A DNA stretch of 20,000 nt, from IMG/VR virus record IMGVR_UViG_3300031851_000015; one strand, 5' to 3'. This stretch comes from an uncultured virus (IMG/VR IMGVR_UViG_3300031851_000015). Its lineage: Duplodnaviria > Heunggongvirae > Uroviricota > Caudoviricetes. Numbering within the stretch: the first letter of the stretch is position 1; every line of letters begins with the position of its first letter. Shown in pieces: positions 14,732-20,000 of this stretch. The notes under the pieces were generated by a model. It searched no databases. It was given only the letters and a program-made list of their open reading frames with translations, and had not been told where the DNA came from. The position numbers were made by a program, and so were the translations under genes.

Positions 14732-14915
14732 CATCGTACTCCATAATTACTTCAACACATTCTACTCTTGCATTTCTTTTTTCTGCTTTCATTTTCTGAA
14801 AATATCTTTGTATTTCTTCTAAACTAAAAGAACTATCTATTTCTTCCCAGTAGCGCTCAACACAACCACACTCTTTAGTTGTTTCAAGAAATTCATGTAT
14901 AGTGTAATATATCAT
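14703..14915 (-). CDS. Hypothetical protein (70 aa)
   Basis: ORF track; AGGAG RBS; ATGA overlap with the DUF3310 gene. Confidence 0.7.
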   Translation of the reverse strand: MIYYTIHEFLETTKECGCVERYWEEIDSSFSLEEIQRYFQKMKAEKRNARVECVEVIMEYDDDTEYEYVA

Positions 14916-15454
14916 TTAGGTAGATCTCCTAATACTTTTACTAGACGATTAGCATACCATTCAATCTTTTTTGCATCTTGCAAGGCAGCGTCCTTTTTAC
15001 CTATTCTCATAGCATACTTAAAAATATGACCTAACAAATGAGCCTTAACGCCTCTGTGTTGTTTAAGAATATACTCCATAAGGTCTATATACTCTAGCCC
15101 TTCAGGGAATCTTTCGTAAGCAGAGTTAGGTATCATTTTGTAGTGTTTAGGATTAATAATAGCATCTTGGTCATCATCTGACATTTTATCAAAGTCACCA
15201 TGAAAATCTACTTCTTGCATTTCTTTTATAATACGTTTTTCTACTCTGTTCATTAATAAGTACCTCGACCAATCTTCAATATATTCTTTATTATTAGCGG
15301 AATAAACTAACACATCATTAAAATCAAAAACTTTAATGAGAGAGTTATGTTGGTTAGATTGCCAATAAGACCAACAATCAATAGCTCTTTGCCATTCTTC
15401 GCCATCATAATCTGGATTTTGCATAGCAGGAGTTCGATAAACTCTATATTGCAT
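14912..15454 (-). CDS. DUF3310-domain protein (T7 gp1.7 / SaV-like, putative nucleotide kinase) with an N-terminal extension
   Basis: DAIINPKHY...IDLME...GHIFKYAMRIGKKD..QDAKKIEWY matches the DUF3310 pattern. Confidence 0.8.
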   Translation of the reverse strand: MQYRVYRTPAMQNPDYDGEEWQRAIDCWSYWQSNQHNSLIKVFDFNDVLVYSANNKEYIEDWSRYLLMNRVEKRIIKEMQEVDFHGDFDKMSDDDQDAIINPKHYKMIPNSAYERFPEGLEYIDLMEYILKQHRGVKAHLLGHIFKYAMRIGKKDAALQDAKKIEWYANRLVKVLGDLPK

Positions 15455-15623
15455 TAGCTTTCCTTTTTTGTATATAACGTTTTAATTCAGACCTATTTTT
15501 AAAGCCATAAACTTGAGCAGCTCTTTGTTCTGCATCATAGCGAGAATAACCTGCGTCATACTCAAGTATTGCTGCTCTCTCTTCGTATAGATCATCTAGT
15601 TGTTCAGCTGATAGTTCGTCCAT
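15444..15623 (-). CDS. Hypothetical protein with an EERAAILEYDAG motif (59 aa, not in ORF track)
   Basis: MDELSAEQLDDLYEERAAILEYDAGYSRYDAEQRAAQVYGFKNRSELKRYIQKRKANAI*; GAGG RBS. Confidence 0.72.
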   Translation of the reverse strand: MDELSAEQLDDLYEERAAILEYDAGYSRYDAEQRAAQVYGFKNRSELKRYIQKRKANAI

Positions 15624-15984
15624 TAAAAACCTCTATAACTGGCTTATCGCCACTTTGAGTTAAAACCGCCATATCTGCACTATAAATTCTTTCTTCTGTA
15701 TCTGTAAATACAAAGTGTTCGTGCTTATATGGATTATAAGTAACAAACCTGCGATTTCCACTTGGAATAATATAATCTAACAACTCTTCACCTCGTACAA
15801 AAGCATGTACATTTTTTACTTTTTCTTTTAAAACTTTTAATCGTCCTGCTTGCCGTACAGCAAACGTTGGTGATATAATCACTACACCGAGAGTATGACG
15901 GATTACTTTTCCGTAGTCATCTTTCTGTCGGGACTTAACTGAAAATAGTTGTTTATGTAAGTTGTAATATACTTCAATTTTCAT
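15604..15984 (-). CDS. Conserved phage protein of unknown function
   Basis: Motifs VYYNLHK..FSV, AGR..VL...KNVHAFVRG and VTYNPYK, recalled as widespread in phages. Confidence 0.75.
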   Translation of the reverse strand: MKIEVYYNLHKQLFSVKSRQKDDYGKVIRHTLGVVIISPTFAVRQAGRLKVLKEKVKNVHAFVRGEELLDYIIPSGNRRFVTYNPYKHEHFVFTDTEERIYSADMAVLTQSGDKPVIEVFNGRTIS

Positions 15985-16178
15985 GAATCATACTCTTTTA
16001 CTAGTTGTGATTTTCTACTAATTTGCCAAATGTCTATAGAACTTATATCACTCTCTTTAATAAGCATTTCTGCTATTTCTTCTGCTTTGTCTATACTAGA
16101 AGAATAATCATAAAATCCCCCATTAACTTCAATTTCGTAATAAAATTCTTCTATAATTTCTTCATCCTGCATGTTCAA
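15981..16178 (-). CDS. Acidic hypothetical protein (65 aa)
   Basis: ORF track; GGAGG RBS; ATGA overlap. Confidence 0.68.
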   Translation of the reverse strand: MNMQDEEIIEEFYYEIEVNGGFYDYSSSIDKAEEIAEMLIKESDISSIDIWQISRKSQLVKEYDS

Positions 16179-16602
16179 TACAAGCCTCCACTGCTTCTGC
16201 TAAAGTTTCATGAATTTCTGTTGCCATTGCTGTCATAAAAGGATTTAAAGTATCAATAGGAGCTACCCACATAATAATTACTTTATTCTTCATATGAGCA
16301 AACATTACTTCCGCAGCAGTACCTTGACCTTTAACTCCTGGTAGGTCTCGCATATCAACAAGTACTACTTCACAGCGAGCTATATCTCTTAAATCTTGTT
16401 TAAAGATTCTGTTAGCAATATTGCGATCCAATCCCCTATCATTAAGTATTTGCTCATGATAGCTAATGCGCCTAGTAGGATCAAGCACTTTAATATCAGA
16501 GTCTCCAAGTTTATCGTGAGCATACCAACGCCATGATTTCATGTCTTGAGCTGTTAAACCCGCCATAGGCCCAGCTAAATATACACCTCTACACAGTTCC
16601 AT
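16162..16602 (-). CDS. Nucleoside 2-deoxyribosyltransferase / nucleotide N-hydrolase-like protein
   Basis: VYLAGPM, VLDP, DLRDIARCEVVLV and GTAAE (catalytic Glu) motifs. Confidence 0.85.
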   Translation of the reverse strand: MELCRGVYLAGPMAGLTAQDMKSWRWYAHDKLGDSDIKVLDPTRRISYHEQILNDRGLDRNIANRIFKQDLRDIARCEVVLVDMRDLPGVKGQGTAAEVMFAHMKNKVIIMWVAPIDTLNPFMTAMATEIHETLAEAVEACIEHAG

Positions 16603-16753
16603 CTTTTTTCATTACCTCATAGTTGTTCAACATTGCAATACACATGTCTACTGTTTCTAAACTAACATTCATTGTTCTACCCCAAGTAATCTCTCTTTTA
16701 CTATCAGAGTGGTGAATGACAATAATTCCGTTTGATATTCTTCTGTAATACAT
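16589..16753 (-). CDS. Hypothetical protein (54 aa, not in ORF track)
   Basis: MYYRRISNGIIVIHHSDSKREITWGRTMNVSLETVDMCIAMLNNYEVMKKDGTV*; GAGG RBS. Confidence 0.62.
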   Translation of the reverse strand: MYYRRISNGIIVIHHSDSKREITWGRTMNVSLETVDMCIAMLNNYEVMKKDGTV

Positions 16754-16761
16754 AAGACCTC

Positions 16762-16799
16762 TTAATAAAATTGGGAGAGACCCAAACTGAATCTCTCCC
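16762..16799 (-). terminator. Hairpin after ssb (weak terminator or mRNA-stabilising stem)
   Basis: Minus RNA GGGAGAGAUUC-AGUUU-GGGUCUCUCCC-AAUUUUAUU, an 11-bp stem including 2 G-U pairs. Confidence 0.65.
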
Positions 16800-16807
16800 T
16801 AAGTTAA

Positions 16808-17341
16808 TTAAAATGACAAGTCGTCTTCTAGCTCACTTGATGATGAAAACTGATCTTCATCTACTACTTGGTTATCTGCTACTTTTACTACTTCCATGTC
16901 TACCATTGCAAAGTCATCTTCACGAGGCTTTGGTGTATATTCTTTAAGAGTAGTTACCTGAATAGCCATAAGCATTGAAGCTATACCTTTACGCCCTGCA
17001 ATCTCATAGTCATACTGATAAATACGAATGTTACCTACTGAACCATTACCTAAAATATTAGGGTCAATAGGGCTTAAATCACCCCCTACTAAGTTAACGG
17101 GATTTTGTGGTTCTCCGTTAGCTTTCTTTGTTTTCTTCTTAAGACTCGCTTTATAAAACATTCCTTTATCATCTTCATCAGGTTTAACGTTGATGTTAAG
17201 ATCTTTCCACTCTTTAGCCTGTTTCTTGTTACGAGTACGAATCTGAACTTCCCATGTAGGGTTATCAGCATTGAACCGTGCATTAGGCTTTTTAGGGTCA
17301 AGTTTAGCAAAGAATAGTTCTACGTTATTAAGAATAGCCAT
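16808..17341 (-). CDS. Single-stranded DNA-binding protein (T7 gp2.5-like)
   Basis: OB-fold-like pattern (LGNGSVGNI, AIQVTTLKEY) and an acidic C-terminal tail ending in Phe (ELEDDLSF); first gene after a phage promoter. Confidence 0.8.
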   Translation of the reverse strand: MAILNNVELFFAKLDPKKPNARFNADNPTWEVQIRTRNKKQAKEWKDLNINVKPDEDDKGMFYKASLKKKTKKANGEPQNPVNLVGGDLSPIDPNILGNGSVGNIRIYQYDYEIAGRKGIASMLMAIQVTTLKEYTPKPREDDFAMVDMEVVKVADNQVVDEDQFSSSSELEDDLSF

Positions 17342-17390
17342 AATATTTATTTCCTCTTGGATATATGTAAATTAAGTTTTATTTGAACAA

Positions 17391-17413
17391 TTGTTCTTTA
17401 ACGTCAGGTATTT
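17391..17413 (-). promoter_or_regulatory. Putative phage RNAP promoter AAATACCTGACGTTAAA|GAACAA
   Basis: Identical 23-mer to the copy at 10701-10723; intergenic, upstream of ssb; predicted +1 at 17396. Confidence 0.88.
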
Positions 17414-17414
17414 T

Positions 17415-17645
17415 TTATTTAATAATATCAACCAGTTCATCGATATTATCATCGTACATTTCCATGTAAAAGTCATCATCAGACTCCCACATGTTTACAC
17501 CAGAACACATAGCACCAAAGCCATCTTCCCAAACGTCAGTAACAGTTGCGGTTGGTATTTCTGGCATTGTTTCAAAAGCTTTTATTCGGATAATGCTACC
17601 TTCTTTAAGCAAAGGCAAAGTCCGACTTAAGGGCGTCTCTGACAT
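17415..17645 (-). CDS. Acidic hypothetical protein (76 aa)
   Basis: ORF track; AAGGA RBS; overlaps the RNAP 3' end. Confidence 0.65.
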   Translation of the reverse strand: MSETPLSRTLPLLKEGSIIRIKAFETMPEIPTATVTDVWEDGFGAMCSGVNMWESDDDFYMEMYDDNIDELVDIIK

Positions 17646-19758
17646 TTAAGTTTCCTTTCTCTGGAATTAAATCTTCTGAATCTAGTTGCTGCAGAATATT
17701 CTCAAGAGGCAAGCTCTCATAAAGTTCTACAAACTTTTCTCTGACATGATAAAACATCTTATCCATGTTACCTGCATGACAACCAAAAGAGTCATGTACT
17801 ACAGTAGTTGGATAGTCTGCATCATGTATACACATAGTTAAGTGTACAGCATCAAGGCTATGAACCACATTAGGTGCAGCACCAGTCTTCTGTTTAGTTT
17901 CATTTACAGTTGTTTCTTCCCACACTTGAAGCTGTACTTTAAGAATATCTTCACCGTACTTAAGCTCTGTGCGCTTATTAGTAGGTTTTCGATAGGCTTG
18001 TACAACAGGAAATCCAGTAACAGGGGAAATCCAACTCATATGAACTTTCTTTTTGTTAGCTCTCTCTGCTAAACTTTGAAACATCTTAAGTAGCTTTGCT
18101 GGCCCCTTAAGCTCTTCATAACAGGTCTTATACACCAGAGCGCCAAGGAGTGCGCCCCAGAGATGCTCTTTGTCTCTTAGATAGGTAGATATATCTCTAG
18201 TGTCTTCTATTACCTGTTGGCCCATACCGTAGGACGTACCACCATAGCCTAGAGTCATTACATTTCTCTTAACAGTCTTACGTTGAATTTTCTTATCTTG
18301 AATATTCAACCAGTATGTCGGAAATAATTTTTCTCGTAAGTCACGGTTTTGATTACGCCATGTTTGAGCAGTCTTAAAGGCTACAGACTTTCTTTCAGAC
18401 TTATCAGGGGCAGTTTCATATTCTCTTTGAAGACTAACAGCTGTATTAAATACCTCATCAAATTGGTTTTCAACAGAAGTATCTCGTTTACGTTCTAGGT
18501 TTTCCCATACCTTTTCTGCTATAAACATATAGACATCTCCAGGCAAATTACTTGGAACAAGATTTACTAAAGGTGCCACTTCATCGTCTTGAGACATAGC
18601 TACAAGGTGTTGAACGCCGTTATTAGAGCCATCAATGTAAACTGGAAGACAAGAAGGAAAGTCTTCTATGTTTCCTTCCCACTCTGTTAACATTTTAATT
18701 TCATGACAAGCGGCAAGAAAACTAAATGGTTTATCTGCTTTCATCCAATCAGTGCTTGTCATTGGGTTTGTAGCATATTCAATAAATGTTTCTGCATTGT
18801 CTATAACAAACTGCACTCTATCATCGAGGCTTACTTTGTCATTACCCCAAATATTTGCAGTATGAACATAAAGCCAATAAACACCGTTTTCCCCTAGTGG
18901 TACAGGTTCGTCTAGCATTAAAATGCCTTTAGCATTGTCACTAGACTGCTCGTGTAAGAACGCTGTATTAGGGTAAATACGGCCTCGGAAGTCGAGGTTA
19001 TACAAGTGGTAGAAAGGCTTGTCTATGTGCTTCTCTGCAAGCCTCTGAATAGCTTCTGCTTCAATGATTAACGAAGCCCGTTTAATTGGATCAATTTCTT
19101 TTGTAAACTTAAAGGGATTAACTTCAGAGTGCATACACGCTTTGTACGTATCAAATACAAAGTTGTTAATACGCCAGCCTGTATGATTAAGCCTATTAAG
19201 AGTGTCTACAATATAAGTCATATCACTATTTTCAAAGTGATCTAAAGCAGCTTCATAGCCTTTTTTAATTACACTTATACCTGTTACTTCGTGATATGGG
19301 TCTTTACGCCAGTTTTCAGCAGGTGTGTTAACTGGAAACATGTCACACTTTTCAATGTCTACTAAGTCCATAAGCTCTTTAATAGCCTTCCAGTCTTTAG
19401 CAAACAAGAAATAAGATCTATGTTTATCTTTTTTACCGTTTTTGTAAGTATGTTTCTTACGATAACCTAGTATACCTAACTCAATGTAGCTAATAATTAC
19501 AAACCAACCACCTTGAACGTCTAGTACACTGTTTTGTTTTTGTCTAAGTTTTTGTCTAAGTCGTCTGCCAATACTAGATGCGACTTCTACTAGAGTTGCT
19601 TTCCTTTCTAAACCTTTTAGTATGTGTGAGTAAGAAAATTCAATAATATCTCTAGGTGACATTGTGTCTAAGAAACTTGCAGATTGTCTCTTATCTAATG
19701 ATTTTTGTCGATATTCCAGATCTTCAGTTAGTAAGTCTAGAATAGTTTTTTCTTTCAT
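17605..19758 (-). CDS. T7/T3-type single-subunit DNA-dependent RNA polymerase
   Basis: DFRGRIY, motif A PVYIDGSNNGVQH, motif B RKTVKRNVMTLGYG, APNVVHSLDA, motif C VHDSFG and C-terminal FAFA as in T7 RNAP; ATG at 19758. Confidence 0.96.
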   Translation of the reverse strand: MKEKTILDLLTEDLEYRQKSLDKRQSASFLDTMSPRDIIEFSYSHILKGLERKATLVEVASSIGRRLRQKLRQKQNSVLDVQGGWFVIISYIELGILGYRKKHTYKNGKKDKHRSYFLFAKDWKAIKELMDLVDIEKCDMFPVNTPAENWRKDPYHEVTGISVIKKGYEAALDHFENSDMTYIVDTLNRLNHTGWRINNFVFDTYKACMHSEVNPFKFTKEIDPIKRASLIIEAEAIQRLAEKHIDKPFYHLYNLDFRGRIYPNTAFLHEQSSDNAKGILMLDEPVPLGENGVYWLYVHTANIWGNDKVSLDDRVQFVIDNAETFIEYATNPMTSTDWMKADKPFSFLAACHEIKMLTEWEGNIEDFPSCLPVYIDGSNNGVQHLVAMSQDDEVAPLVNLVPSNLPGDVYMFIAEKVWENLERKRDTSVENQFDEVFNTAVSLQREYETAPDKSERKSVAFKTAQTWRNQNRDLREKLFPTYWLNIQDKKIQRKTVKRNVMTLGYGGTSYGMGQQVIEDTRDISTYLRDKEHLWGALLGALVYKTCYEELKGPAKLLKMFQSLAERANKKKVHMSWISPVTGFPVVQAYRKPTNKRTELKYGEDILKVQLQVWEETTVNETKQKTGAAPNVVHSLDAVHLTMCIHDADYPTTVVHDSFGCHAGNMDKMFYHVREKFVELYESLPLENILQQLDSEDLIPEKGNLNVRDALKSDFAFA

Positions 19759-19891
19759 ATATGTCAATTTCCTTTAGTTAGGGCATTAAGCTATTGCTTC
19801 CCTTATGAGGAACTTTATTAACAATTATTTGTTTTGAATTATCATTACGACAATTAAATAAATAGTAATAATTGTTAACATTATATCTTTC

Positions 19892-19940
19892 AAAAAAAAA
19901 AAAAAAGTTTTATTAAACCCCCACCCCCGAAGGGGTGAGG
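19892..19940 (-). terminator. GC hairpin with a C(UUCG)G tetraloop and a downstream U15 tract
   Basis: Minus RNA CCUCACCCC-UUCG-GGGGUGGGG-GUUUAAUAAAAC-U15, right after tandem TAA stops. Confidence 0.75.
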
Positions 19941-19949
19941 AAAAATTTA

Positions 19950-20000
19950 TTATCCTTCTAAACGAGGATTAATTTTATCAAGTGTTTTAATCCAGTTACG
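19950..20000 (-). CDS. 3' end of an upstream gene (partial)
   Basis: Open frame ...RNWIKTLDKINPRLEG followed by TAA TAA and then the hairpin. Confidence 0.4.
   Translation of the reverse strand, partial: RNWIKTLDKINPRLEG

Noticed and set aside
5831..17310. Nested alternative-frame minus ORFs inside nrdJ, the primase-helicase, polA and ssb
   Set aside because: They lie fully inside conserved genes with no independent support, as expected from codon bias.
2149..17413. The repeated 23-mer as a CRISPR repeat or att site
   Set aside because: Copies are kilobases apart, co-oriented and at gene starts; there are no spacers, cas genes or integrase in the window.
17531..17539. aaacgtcag core-like match
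   Set aside because: The flanks match neither the AT-rich upstream element nor the initiation region.
1721..18897. All plus-strand ORFs in the track (e.g. 1721-1921, 1842-2075, 7822-8217, 8133-8441, 17391-17630)
   Set aside because: They are antisense shadows of well-supported minus-strand genes or AT-rich noise, with no recognisable motifs.
19825..19881. 18-aa hydrophobic ORF MLTIITIYLIVVMIIQNK and a possible sigma70 promoter upstream of the RNAP gene
   Set aside because: Weak SD, and TTGAAA and TATAAT are not correctly spaced; indistinguishable from AT-rich background.

Overview
A 20 kb segment of an AT-rich, tailed dsDNA phage genome, with every supportable gene on the minus strand. In transcription order (right to left) it encodes a compact T7/T3-type single-subunit RNA polymerase, a gp2.5-like SSB and nucleotide-metabolism genes (nucleoside deoxyribosyltransferase-like, DUF3310, MazG-like). 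These are followed by a family A DNA polymerase, 5'-3' exonuclease, GIY-YIG nuclease, gp4-like primase-helicase and a class II (B12-dependent) ribonucleotide reductase. An accessory block comes next (sulfotransferase, DUF1127, glutaredoxin, putative beta-barrel), then the small and large terminase subunits. Gene content suggests, by inference, a marine alphaproteobacterial (Roseobacter-like) host. Main non-obvious signals: (1) a repeated motif, (T/A)AATACCTGACGTT(A/T)AA|GAA, with the exact -17..+1 geometry of a T7 promoter, probably the cognate promoter of the encoded RNAP; (2) a ~174-nt non-coding RNA starting at the last promoter and lying just upstream of terS, which folds by eye into a long-stemmed three-way junction with a possible loop-loop pairing; (3) G-U-rich, strand-specific hairpins followed by U13-U15 tracts. 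Several small ORFs missing from the supplied track were found by manual translation. All family assignments come from motif recognition, not database searches.
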